64,000 nucleotides of DNA from Promethearchaeota archaeon (GTDB lineage: Archaea; Asgardarchaeota; Lokiarchaeia; Sigyniarchaeales; SOKP01), in assembly GCA_016839705.1 (NCBI GenBank), contig JAEOTR010000046.1, forward strand, positions 41,770 to 105,769. The letters are read 5' to 3'. Made by a program: the position numbers and the translations under genes. The notes beneath the pieces were generated by a model. That model saw nothing but the letters and a program-made list of their open reading frames with translations, was not told the DNA's origin and made no database searches. Each line of letters starts with the position of its first letter. Position 1 is the stretch's first letter. Shown piece by piece: positions 41,692-51,461 of the stretch.

Positions 41692-42453
41692 ATGAGTTTT
41701 GAGCCAAAAATACTGGGATTTTTATGTAATTGGTGTTGTTATGCGGGAGCAGATTTAGCCGGAGTAAGTAGGATGCAGTATCCTCCAAATATCCGGGTTA
41801 TTCGTGTTATGTGTTCTGGAAGAATTGATCCTGCATTTATTTTTGAATCTCTTAGAGTTGGGGCTGATGGAGTCTTTATTGGAGGTTGTCATTTAGGTGA
41901 TTGCCATTATCTTGAAGGCAATTATGAAGCTGTGAAAAAATTTGAGATGGTTCAAAAATTCCTTAAGCTTATAAATTTTGATAATAGAGTAAGATTAGAA
42001 TGGGTATCTGCTTCAGAAGGTGCTAGATACGCAGCGACTATGAAAGAATTTACAGAACATATAAAATCATTAGGACCATCTCCCGCAGGTGGAAATAATC
42101 CAGATAAGTTAATACTTAATAAATTACGAGCGATGGAAGAAGCTGCTTCTGGTGACCGAATGAGAGTACTAGTGGGGCGTGAAAGAAAGATTACAGAGCA
42201 AGAAAATGTGTATGGAGAAAAAACCGATATGGATAATTTTTTTAAAATATTTGATAAAGCTATAGTCGAAGAGTATGAACGCGCTCGAATTTTTATTGCA
42301 CTTGAAGAAAAATCAAGATCAGTAAAAGATATAGCAGCTGAATTAGATATAGATCCAAGTATTGTTTTAGAACATATGATAATATTAAAAAGCCGAGGTC
42401 TAGTCGATTTCGGAGAAATAGTTGGAATTACACCAATGTTTATTAAAATATGA
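41692..42453 (+). CDS. mvhD: MvhD-like 2Fe-2S subunit with C-terminal winged-helix extension
   Basis: FLCNWCCYAGAD, MCSGR, GCHLGDCHY; tail SVKDIAAELDIDPSIVLEHM...RGLV; ATG at 41692. Confidence 0.88.
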   Translation: MSFEPKILGFLCNWCCYAGADLAGVSRMQYPPNIRVIRVMCSGRIDPAFIFESLRVGADGVFIGGCHLGDCHYLEGNYEAVKKFEMVQKFLKLINFDNRVRLEWVSASEGARYAATMKEFTEHIKSLGPSPAGGNNPDKLILNKLRAMEEAASGDRMRVLVGRERKITEQENVYGEKTDMDNFFKIFDKAIVEEYERARIFIALEEKSRSVKDIAAELDIDPSIVLEHMIILKSRGLVDFGEIVGITPMFIKI

Positions 42454-42464
42454 GGAGAATAATT

Positions 42465-45400
42465 ATGGAAAAAATAGGAGCAGTAATGGTTGTAGGAGCG
42501 GGAATTGGGGGATCTCAAACAGCGTTAGATTTAGGAGATTCTGGTTATAAAGTATATTTAATTGAATCCTCGACTAGTATCGGCGGAGTTATGGCTCAAC
42601 TTGATAAGACCTTCCCAACCAATGATTGTGCTATGTGTATTGTTTCACCTAAATTAGTAGAGACTGGACGCCACCAGAATGTAGATTTAAGCATTAATTG
42701 TGAAATTTTAGATGTCTCTGGTGAAGCGGGTAATTTTACGGTAAAAGTAAAAAAGAATTCTTTATTTATTAATCCCGATAAATGTACTGGTTGTGGAGTT
42801 TGTGGCCAAAATTGTCCTGTAGAAGCAATTGATTTATTTAATGAGGGTTTAGCGAAATATGCTGCTACATCAGTCAAATATCCCCAGGCAGTTCCACTTG
42901 TTTATGCAATTAATAAAGATTATTGTATAGGTTGTGGAGTATGTGCGGGGGTTTGCAAGGCGAAAGCAGTAGAATATGACCGAGGGGATGAAATCGTAAA
43001 CCTTAATGTTGGCGCTATAGTACTGGCCCCTGGTTTTGATGAGTTTGTTCCTCAAGCTGCCAATAAGTATGGGTATGGTAAGTATAAGAATGTAGTTACC
43101 AGCATTGAGTTTGAACGTATATTGAGCGCTAGCGGTCCTTATGCTGGTAGAGTTTTAAGGCCTTCTGATGGAGTTATTCCAGAAAAAGTAGCCTTTCTTC
43201 AATGTGTAGGATCACGAGATTATTCAGGAGAAGGACAACCATATTGTTCTTCTGTGTGCTGTATGTACACAGCGAAGGAAGCTGTGATAGCACATGAACA
43301 TCAACACGAAGTAAAACCCACCATTTTTAGTATGGATATTAGAGCTTATGGAAAGGATTTTGATAAGTATATTATCAGAGCTCAGGAAGAATATGGTATT
43401 AGATATATTAGAAGTAGAATTTCATCTGTAGTAGAGGTTCCTGAAACCAAAGACTTAAGGCTCAGGTATGAAACCGATGATGGAAAGGTAGTTGAAGAAG
43501 ACTACAATATGGTCGTGTTAAGCGTTGGCTTAAATCCTCCTGATGATGCAACTTATCTTGCTGAAAAGTTTGGAATTGAATTGAATGAATATAAATTTGC
43601 AGCAACTGATATTTTTAATCCTGTACAAACATCTAAGCGGGGTATTTTTGCATGCGGAGCATTTTCTCAACCTAAAGATATCCCCGAAACAGTTACTCAA
43701 GCAAGTGCTGCAGCGGGATGTGTGAATCAACTTCTATATTCCGAAAGAGGTACATTAGTTACTGAAAAAACCCTCCCTCCAGAGATTTTTGTCGCAGGAC
43801 AACCCCCTCGAATAGGTGTGTTCATTTGTCATTGTGGGATTAACATTGGTGGTTATGTAGATGTCCCCGAAGTTACCAGATACGCAGCTACTCTACCGAA
43901 TGTAGTTATGTCAGATAGAAATTTATATACATGCTCTGCTGACACTCAAGGGATAATCAAAGAAAAAATTGAAGAGTATCATTTAAATCGTGTTATTGTT
44001 GCATCCTGTACACCAAGAACTCATGAACCTCTATTCCAAGAAACAATTCGAGAAGCGGGATTGAATAGGTATCTATTTCAAATGGCTAACATCAGAGATC
44101 AGTGCTCTTGGGTTCATATGAAACAACCTAAAGAAGCTACACAAAAAGCGAAAGATCTCGTGAGAATGGCGGTTAATAAAGCAAGACGTATATCTCCAAT
44201 AGATAGAATAAAGCTGGGTGTTACACAGAAAGCAATGGTTATAGGAGGAGGCATCACAGGTATGGTTGCCGCCCTAAATTTTGCGAGTCAAGAATTTGAA
44301 ACTTATTTAATCGAAAAAGAAGCAGAGTTAGGAGGTTTTGCAAAGCATATATATCATACGCTTGAAGGTGGAGACGTTCAAGCTTATGTAGATAGCTTAA
44401 TTGAGAAAATTAAGTCAAATGAATTTATTCATCTCTATACTAACGCCGAAATTGAAGCGATTGATGGTTATGTTGGAAATTTCAAAAGTACAGTTGCTTT
44501 CGGGCCAAAAAAAGAAAGGGTAGAATTTGACCATGGTGTCGTAGTTGTAGCTACAGGAGCACAAGAATATAAACCGAAAGAATTCCTTTATGGTCAAAAT
44601 GAAAATGTACTATTACAATCCGAGTTTGAAAAAATCCTAAATACGAATGGAAAGGTCAAAGATAAAAAATCAATTGTAATGATTCAATGTGTAGGCTCTC
44701 GTAACGATGAGCATCCATATTGTAGTAAAATGTGTTGCACAGAAGCAATTAAAAACGCATTACTTGTGAAAGAACAAGATCCCTCTAGTGAAGTAATAAT
44801 CTTATTTCGAGATATAAGAACATATGGGTTTAAAGAAAAATATTACAGAATGGCAAGGGAAGCTGGGGTTATTTTCATCCAATATGATGAGAAAAATCCA
44901 CCTCAAATTACTCCCGATGGATCACTTTTAAAAGTGAATGTTAGCACGAGAAAAGAGGGAAATTTATCTATTGTTGCAGATTTATTAGTACTAAGTGCCG
45001 GTATTGTGGCATCCCATGAGGAAAATGAAGAACTTGCTAAAATGTTAAAAGTTCCCTTAAATGATGATAATTTTTATTTAGAAGCACATGTAAAGCTTCG
45101 TCCAGTTGATTTTGCTACAGAAGGTGTCTTTGTCGCCGGGATGGCACATTGCCCTAAAACAATCGAAGACTCAATTTCACAAGCTAATGCTGCCGTTTCA
45201 AGAGCATGCACTATTCTCTCTAAAGATGAGATTGAAGCAGAAGGAAAAACGGCGGTTATCAATATGTCTCGATGTGCGGGATGCGGTATGTGTGTCGAAA
45301 ATTGTGCATATAACGCAATAGAAATGATTGAGGACCGTAGATTTGGACTCGTCGCATCTATTAATTCCGCCTTATGTAAAGGATGTGGGGCATGTAGTGG

Positions 45401-45479
45401 AAATTGTCGATGTAGTGCAATCGACGTGTTAGGCTTTACAGCTGAACAAATATATGAAATGATTACAGCAAGATTATAA
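42465..45479 (+). CDS. hdrA: Large fused HdrA-like protein with two flavin modules
   Basis: Both HdrA modules in one chain; GAGGAG ahead of ATG 42465. Confidence 0.9.
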   Translation: MEKIGAVMVVGAGIGGSQTALDLGDSGYKVYLIESSTSIGGVMAQLDKTFPTNDCAMCIVSPKLVETGRHQNVDLSINCEILDVSGEAGNFTVKVKKNSLFINPDKCTGCGVCGQNCPVEAIDLFNEGLAKYAATSVKYPQAVPLVYAINKDYCIGCGVCAGVCKAKAVEYDRGDEIVNLNVGAIVLAPGFDEFVPQAANKYGYGKYKNVVTSIEFERILSASGPYAGRVLRPSDGVIPEKVAFLQCVGSRDYSGEGQPYCSSVCCMYTAKEAVIAHEHQHEVKPTIFSMDIRAYGKDFDKYIIRAQEEYGIRYIRSRISSVVEVPETKDLRLRYETDDGKVVEEDYNMVVLSVGLNPPDDATYLAEKFGIELNEYKFAATDIFNPVQTSKRGIFACGAFSQPKDIPETVTQASAAAGCVNQLLYSERGTLVTEKTLPPEIFVAGQPPRIGVFICHCGINIGGYVDVPEVTRYAATLPNVVMSDRNLYTCSADTQGIIKEKIEEYHLNRVIVASCTPRTHEPLFQETIREAGLNRYLFQMANIRDQCSWVHMKQPKEATQKAKDLVRMAVNKARRISPIDRIKLGVTQKAMVIGGGITGMVAALNFASQEFETYLIEKEAELGGFAKHIYHTLEGGDVQAYVDSLIEKIKSNEFIHLYTNAEIEAIDGYVGNFKSTVAFGPKKERVEFDHGVVVVATGAQEYKPKEFLYGQNENVLLQSEFEKILNTNGKVKDKKSIVMIQCVGSRNDEHPYCSKMCCTEAIKNALLVKEQDPSSEVIILFRDIRTYGFKEKYYRMAREAGVIFIQYDEKNPPQITPDGSLLKVNVSTRKEGNLSIVADLLVLSAGIVASHEENEELAKMLKVPLNDDNFYLEAHVKLRPVDFATEGVFVAGMAHCPKTIEDSISQANAAVSRACTILSKDEIEAEGKTAVINMSRCAGCGMCVENCAYNAIEMIEDRRFGLVASINSALCKGCGACSGNCRCSAIDVLGFTAEQIYEMITARL

Positions 45480-45492
45480 GAGGTTTTTAAAA

Positions 45493-45942
45493 ATGACTGA
45501 AACAGAAATAGAAAATAAGAAAAATGAAGAGAATTGGGAACCAAAAATAATTGCATTCCTATGTAATTGGTGTTCTTATGCGGGAGCTGATCTTGCAGGT
45601 GTGAGTAGAATTCAATATCCCCCTAGTATAAGAGTTGTGAGAGTACCCTGTTCGGGAAGAGTCAATCCCTATTTCATAATAAAGAGTCTAACTGACGGGT
45701 GGGATGGTGTCCTCATCAGTGGGTGCCATCCTGGTGATTGTCATTATATTAGTGGAAACTTGGTTGCTCGGAGACGATTTGCAATATTAAATGATTTATT
45801 AGAGTTTTTTGGGTTAAAAAACAGAGTACAATTCATGTGGGCTTCTGCCGCTGAGGGTGAGCGCTTCGCAATGTTGGTGAGGAAGGCTACAAAGGTAGTA
45901 AAAGAATTGGGACCAAATACAAAATTTCAAAAGGAGTGGTAA
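45493..45942 (+). CDS. mvhD: MvhD/FlxD-like 2Fe-2S subunit
   Basis: FLCNWCSYAGAD, PCSGR, GCHPGDCHY. Confidence 0.9.
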   Translation: MTETEIENKKNEENWEPKIIAFLCNWCSYAGADLAGVSRIQYPPSIRVVRVPCSGRVNPYFIIKSLTDGWDGVLISGCHPGDCHYISGNLVARRRFAILNDLLEFFGLKNRVQFMWASAAEGERFAMLVRKATKVVKELGPNTKFQKEW

Positions 45943-45945
45943 AAA

Positions 45946-46956
45946 ATGACTATTGAAACTGAAAATAAAGAGATTGAAAATTCAATAAGGGATATTGCTA
46001 AAAAGTTACTTAGTGAGAAAACAGTCGATGTAGTTATAGGTTATTCAGAAGGTACTGTACCACTAAGTTCTACTCCAATATTTATCAGGAAAGAAGAAGA
46101 CGTCGATAAACTAATCTGGAATAATCTCTGTTATATTAATTTAGCTAGATATTTAGCGCCCCTAATGCCCCAACTTTGTGATTCAGAGGGAAACCCTCTT
46201 AAAATTGGAATTGTTGCAAAAGGTTGTGTTGGCAGGGCAGTAAATCTTTTAGCCGCAGAGAAACAGATTGACCTAGAAAACATAAAGATGATTGGCATTA
46301 ATTGTAATGGAAATGTGAATAGAAGTATAATCGATCTTGAAATTGGGGAAAAAGAGATTCTTGATGTTTCAATAAAAGGGGATGATATCATCGTGAAGGG
46401 AAGAGATTGGGAACAAAAGTTTCCCTATGATCAGTATATTAATGAGTTATGTAAGGTATGCCAAGTAAAATCCCCTTCAGCTACTGAAGCAACATGTGTA
46501 GGAGAATGCCAGGAATTAGAATCTATACATGATGAATTTACCGATATTGATGATTTTGAAGCAAAATCTGCCGAGGAGAAATGGGAATACATTAAAAATT
46601 CTTTAGAAGCTTGTACTCTATGTTATTCTTGTCGTCAGGCATGTCCCGTGTGTTATTGTAACCTATGCTTCGTAGATCAAAATTTACCTGTGTGGTTTGG
46701 AAAAACAACTGAATTCACGGATATATTCACATTTCATTTTATCCGCGCGACGCATATAGCGGGTAGATGTGTAGCATGTGGAGCATGCTCATCAATATGC
46801 CCAGTTGGTATTGATCTTAATTTTATCACGAGAAAACTGGAAAAAATTGTAAAAGAGAGGTTTGATTATACATCGGGTCTGAATGCAGAAATGCTTCCTC
46901 CTATGATGGATTTCAAAATGGAAGATGAACAAGAATTTATGTTGGAGGAAGATTAA
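45946..46956 (+). CDS. FlxC-like iron-sulfur protein
   Basis: DVVIGY, AKGC, CTLCYSCRQACPVCYC, HIAGRCVACGAC; position in the flx-like run. Confidence 0.75.
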   Translation: MTIETENKEIENSIRDIAKKLLSEKTVDVVIGYSEGTVPLSSTPIFIRKEEDVDKLIWNNLCYINLARYLAPLMPQLCDSEGNPLKIGIVAKGCVGRAVNLLAAEKQIDLENIKMIGINCNGNVNRSIIDLEIGEKEILDVSIKGDDIIVKGRDWEQKFPYDQYINELCKVCQVKSPSATEATCVGECQELESIHDEFTDIDDFEAKSAEEKWEYIKNSLEACTLCYSCRQACPVCYCNLCFVDQNLPVWFGKTTEFTDIFTFHFIRATHIAGRCVACGACSSICPVGIDLNFITRKLEKIVKERFDYTSGLNAEMLPPMMDFKMEDEQEFMLEED

Positions 46957-46972
46957 AGAGGTGAACTAAAGA

Positions 46973-48034
46973 ATGGAACAAAAAATATTAAAGAAGGATG
47001 AAATTGGAAAATTATATAAAGTATTCGAGGGTGAATATAACTTTTATGCTCCGATTAAGAAGAAAGCAAACATTGTTTTTGAAAAAGTTGAAAATCCTGA
47101 AGATATAGTGCTTGATTACTTGAATTCAAAGATTCCACCAAAATCAATTTTATTTCCTCAAATGGAAGTACTGTTTGAATATACTTTAGATGAAAAAGAT
47201 GTAGAGATTACAGATAGACAAGATCTTGATCAAAAATTCCTAATCTTTGGGATCCGACCATGTGATGCCTATAGTTTTGTATTGTTTGCAAACTTTTTTT
47301 CATCTCATGGAAATTGGAAAGATGAGATCTATTTGAAGAAAAAGGAAAATACAACGCTTATTGGAATTGGATGTAATACACCAAGAACTACTTGCTTTTG
47401 TACTTCTGTAGGAGGAAATCCTTTTAATAAAGAAAACATGGATGTTTTTCTCACTGATTTAGGGGAAAATTATTTGGTTGAAGCTATTAGCGAGAAAGGT
47501 AAAGAAATTGTCAAGAAATTATCATGGCTTTCTGATGCTAGTAATAGCGATGTGAAAAAATCCGCTGAATTAGCCAAACAGGCAGAAGAAATGATAACTG
47601 CACAAATAGATTCGGAGATGATCGTAAAGAACTTAGAAACAAATTTTGAACACCCCGTATGGAAAGAAATAAGTGAATCTTGTATAGGGTGTGGTTCTTG
47701 CAGCTACTTATGTCCTACATGCACGTGTTTTGATGTGATTGACGAAACAGATCAATATAATAATCGTGGTCGTAGAATAAGAATCTGGGATACCTGTCAA
47801 TCATGCCTTTATTCACTTGAAACAAGTGGTCATAATCCTCGCGACACCAAGATCCAACGTTGCCGTAATAGAATAATGCATAAATTTAGTTATTATCCAA
47901 CGAATTATGGGCTATTGGGTTGTGTTGGTTGCGGAAGGTGTATAACAGTATGTCCTGCTAATAATGATATTCTCACAATTTTACATAAAGTAGAAAAAAT
48001 AGAAAAAAAGGAGGATGAGAAAGTAGTTGCCTAA
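46973..48034 (+). CDS. FlxB/AsrA-like 4Fe-4S protein
   Basis: GIRPCD, CFCTS, CIGCGSC...CPTCTCF, HKF...GCVGCGRC. Confidence 0.82.
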   Translation: MEQKILKKDEIGKLYKVFEGEYNFYAPIKKKANIVFEKVENPEDIVLDYLNSKIPPKSILFPQMEVLFEYTLDEKDVEITDRQDLDQKFLIFGIRPCDAYSFVLFANFFSSHGNWKDEIYLKKKENTTLIGIGCNTPRTTCFCTSVGGNPFNKENMDVFLTDLGENYLVEAISEKGKEIVKKLSWLSDASNSDVKKSAELAKQAEEMITAQIDSEMIVKNLETNFEHPVWKEISESCIGCGSCSYLCPTCTCFDVIDETDQYNNRGRRIRIWDTCQSCLYSLETSGHNPRDTKIQRCRNRIMHKFSYYPTNYGLLGCVGCGRCITVCPANNDILTILHKVEKIEKKEDEKVVA

Positions 48035-48866
48035 TCCATATATTCCTTATTTAACCAAAGTAAAATCGGTAGTAGCGGAAAATAAAGTTAATGATATAAA
48101 AACTATCGAATTGGAATTTAAAAATGAAGAAGATTACAAGAAATTTGACTACATTCCTGGACAATTTGCCGAAATCAGTTTAATTGGAAAAGGAGAGTGC
48201 CCTATTGGGATTGCTTCTTCACCGACCGAGGAAGGCACAATTAAATTCACCATAAAAAAGATGGGAACTGTTACCTCTGGATTCCATGGCAGTGAAGTAG
48301 GAGATATTATTGGTGTGAGAGGTCCCTGTGGTAATGGGTGGCCGATGGAGGAAATGAAAGGAAAGAATATCGTAGTTATCGGTGGAGGATTTGCTTATTC
48401 GACTTTAAGATCTCTCATTATATATTTGCTGGATGAGAGATATCGAAAAGATTATGGGGATATTACCACAATCTATGGAAACAGAGATTCAGGAGAAGTC
48501 TTATATAGAGATCTTTTAGAAGAGTGGGAAAAACGTGACGATATTAAAGTAGTTTTAACTATTGATCGTGAAGAAGAAGGATGGACTCGCGAAGTTGGCT
48601 TTGTTGCAGCAATCGTCAAGAAAGTTGCGCCCTCCCCAGATAATGCTGTTGCGATTATTTGTGGCCCTCCTATAATGATTAGAACTGCTGTGGCTGAACT
48701 TGTAGAACTTGGTTGGAAGGACGAGCAGATTCTAAACAGCTTAGAGATGAGAATGAAGTGCGGTATAGGTAAGTGTGGACGATGTAACATTGGAAATAAG
48801 TTTGTCTGCACAGATGGTCCCGTATTTTCTCTCGCAGAGCTAAAGAAAATGCCTAATGAGTATTAA
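48027..48866 (+). CDS. FlxA/AsrB-like FAD/NAD(P)-binding subunit
   Basis: PGQF, RGPCG, GGG, CGPP, MKCGIGKCGRC...CTDGPVF. Confidence 0.88.
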   Translation: MPNPYIPYLTKVKSVVAENKVNDIKTIELEFKNEEDYKKFDYIPGQFAEISLIGKGECPIGIASSPTEEGTIKFTIKKMGTVTSGFHGSEVGDIIGVRGPCGNGWPMEEMKGKNIVVIGGGFAYSTLRSLIIYLLDERYRKDYGDITTIYGNRDSGEVLYRDLLEEWEKRDDIKVVLTIDREEEGWTREVGFVAAIVKKVAPSPDNAVAIICGPPIMIRTAVAELVELGWKDEQILNSLEMRMKCGIGKCGRCNIGNKFVCTDGPVFSLAELKKMPNEY

Positions 48867-48997
48867 AGATCAATTGCTTTTTTAATATTTTTCACTATTT
48901 TTTTATCAATTTCTTGTCTGTATAACTGAAATTTAAAGTTTAGCAAAAGCCTTTTTAGTTAGACTATCTTCCTATTTTTTAATCCTAACTTTGAAGA

Positions 48998-50773
48998 TTG
49001 AAAACTATGTCTACTTCAACCCTCGACGAATTTACTCAAGCAAAAAAATTAGTAAATGCAGGGAAAATGGAAGAAGCGCTTGAAATTATCAAAAAATTAG
49101 CATGGAGAGCGTGGGATCTTAACGCTCAAGGAGATGCTGATGAGGCATTAGAAATAGCATTGAACTCTAAAGAACTACTTTTAAAAATCGGTAGTCAAAA
49201 ACATATAGCGAATAATTATCTTTTGATTGGCAATATCTACCGTGGAAAACTTAAAACAGAAGCTGCTATAAAATTTTGTAAGAAGAGTCTTGAAATTCAT
49301 GAAAAATTGGGGAATCAAAGGCGTATAGCTTCAAGTCTCAGTTTGAGGGGAAATCTAAATTGGGACCAGGGGAATTATGAGCAAGCTATCAAAGATACAG
49401 AGCAAAGTCTATCCATTAAGGAAATATCTCCACTTGTTAAATTGGAAATTTTAGGCGGTTTAGGGGGAGGTTATTTAGTATGGGGAGAACTAACTAAAGC
49501 CCTAAAATACTGCGAAAATGGAATCGAACTTGCTAAGCAGATTAATCTTATTTTTTTTTGTCCACATTTTTTTTACATAATGGGACTTATTTATTTCATG
49601 AAGGGAGATTACGAACATAGTGAAGTTTATTTAAACAAAAGTTTGATTCTTACCGATAAGCTTGAATTGAAAACCCTAAATGTAATAAAAGGATTAACAC
49701 TTTTGGCATTAATCTGGCTACAACTTAGTATAAATTTTGGGGATAAGGCAAAAGGTTATTTAAGTAATTTGAAAAATCTTGTTAATCAAAGCGAAACTAT
49801 AGAATTATTATCCATTTTTTCTATAGCTAAAGGAATGATATTACAACAGAGCAGTAAATTACGAGATCGGGCCGAAGCTGAAAAATTATTTAAAGAAGTA
49901 GTAGATAGTGAAATTGTGGACACTCGATTTAGTATAGATTATATATATCCTTTTGCTTTATATTTTTTGTGTGACTTTCTTGTAGAAGAATTAGGCATGT
50001 CCAATGATGTAGGATTAATCGATGAAATTAATACCTACATTTCGAAATTGGGTGATTTAGGAGAAAAATTTAACTCATACTTATATCGAACTGAGGCAAA
50101 AGTATTTGAAGCTAGACTGGCATTAATCCAGCTAAACCTCGATGAGGCAAGAATTACGTTAACCCAAGCTCAAAAGATGGCCGAGACGCACAATCTTCAA
50201 TATTTTGCACAAATTATATCTAACAATCACGATCGCTTACTCGAGCAGCAAGATTTCTTGGAGCAATTAAAAAAAAGGGATGCTCCAATCTCAGAAAGAT
50301 TAATATTTGCCTCTTTTGATGGAGTTTTAGCGCGCTTGAAAGGAAAACAATCGACCGAGTCATCGGAATTCATTAATGAGACACCAGTATTACTCCTAAT
50401 CATCACGAAAGGTGGTTCACTAATATTCTCAAAAGCTTATTCTGAAACCTTGACCGTCGAGAGTGACCTCATAAGTAGTTTCTTGTCTGCGTTCGAGTCG
50501 TTTGGGGATGAGCTTTTTTCTGAGCGGCTCGATCGTATTAAATATGGTGAAAATACGATACTATTAAAGCCGTTAGAACACTTTTCCGTGTGTTACTTGT
50601 TCAAGGGTCAATCTTATCCAGCATTGCAGAAATTAACGAGATTTACCGAAGCGATACAGGAAAATTCTGAAATTTGGCAAGCTTTAAACAAGTCAGTAAA
50701 AACAAGCGAGATGCTAGAACTTGATAACTCCCCTGCTCTTAAAACTGTGATTGAAGAGATTTTTATCAATTAA
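48998..50773 (+). CDS. TPR-repeat protein with C-terminal longin-like domain
   Basis: TPR helices (G..EEAL, G.YEQA); C-terminal PVLLLII..GG..IFS...LISSFLSAF..F..ELF. Confidence 0.7.
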   Translation: MKTMSTSTLDEFTQAKKLVNAGKMEEALEIIKKLAWRAWDLNAQGDADEALEIALNSKELLLKIGSQKHIANNYLLIGNIYRGKLKTEAAIKFCKKSLEIHEKLGNQRRIASSLSLRGNLNWDQGNYEQAIKDTEQSLSIKEISPLVKLEILGGLGGGYLVWGELTKALKYCENGIELAKQINLIFFCPHFFYIMGLIYFMKGDYEHSEVYLNKSLILTDKLELKTLNVIKGLTLLALIWLQLSINFGDKAKGYLSNLKNLVNQSETIELLSIFSIAKGMILQQSSKLRDRAEAEKLFKEVVDSEIVDTRFSIDYIYPFALYFLCDFLVEELGMSNDVGLIDEINTYISKLGDLGEKFNSYLYRTEAKVFEARLALIQLNLDEARITLTQAQKMAETHNLQYFAQIISNNHDRLLEQQDFLEQLKKRDAPISERLIFASFDGVLARLKGKQSTESSEFINETPVLLLIITKGGSLIFSKAYSETLTVESDLISSFLSAFESFGDELFSERLDRIKYGENTILLKPLEHFSVCYLFKGQSYPALQKLTRFTEAIQENSEIWQALNKSVKTSEMLELDNSPALKTVIEEIFIN

Positions 50774-50853
50774 ATTAATTAAATCCTTTCTACTCTTAAT
50801 GATTTCACAATTTTTAGACATATGTTTAAATATCAGTTAGGTGTATATTTAAC

Positions 50854-50989
50854 TTGACACCTTGATAAGTTATTCATTTCCAGTATGACTATACTTTGGC
50901 CGGATTATGATTCAATAGCAATTGAATCAGAAGTTAACTATAAATTCATAATCTATGCATCGTATCGGCTTTATATCAGGTGTACTCAA
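50854..50989. ncRNA. Candidate structured intergenic element
   Basis: Several nested complementary segments (see findings); no family recognised. Confidence 0.25.
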
Positions 50990-51189
50990 CCTTGAATAGA
51001 AATTAAACTCCGTTAAAAGTGTTTAATTTTACGCTATTGCTCTCTTTTCATTAAATGTTTATTGATTCACTATATGCCTTCTGCTGCTTTATAATCCTGA
51101 TATATTGCATCATAAGATTTGAATAACCAATTATTTTGTCCCAACAAAAAAGTGAATTGATTATAAAATACAAAAAAGAGGTAAAGGTT

Positions 51190-51432
51190 ATGTTAGAATT
51201 TAAGGATACCTTGAGGGAAGGAGGAATTAAGGAGGTTAAAATATTAATAGTTGAAATAAGAAAATCCCGCAAGCTTATTCATAGTATTTCTAAGAAAAAC
51301 CAAAGATTGCGAAAAATAATCGTGATGGGGTTATTTAATCCTGAATTCATTAAGCATTTACAAGAAATCTTAAGAACAAAAAGGTTCAGAAGTGCATTGT
51401 ATAATATTTGTTTTCAATTTGGATTAGGATAA
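51190..51432 (+). CDS. Small basic hypothetical protein
   Basis: ORF with ATG at 51190 after a GAGGT-like element; function unknown. Confidence 0.35.
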   Translation: MLEFKDTLREGGIKEVKILIVEIRKSRKLIHSISKKNQRLRKIIVMGLFNPEFIKHLQEILRTKRFRSALYNICFQFGLG

Positions 51433-51461
51433 ATAAAAAACCCACAAATGAGTTGAAAAAA

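Noticed and set aside
38690-45942. Selenocysteine (UGA) recoding in HdrA or MvhD, known for some Lokiarchaeia
   Set aside because: All relevant positions are Cys codons and the ORFs are uninterrupted. The TGA ending mvhD (42451-42453) is out of frame with the next hdrA.
50854-50989. 5S rRNA, SAM/TPP riboswitch or SECIS
   Set aside because: Only short chance-level matches (CAGAAGTTAA, CTTATCAAG); the helix layouts do not fit and no selenoprotein gene is adjacent.
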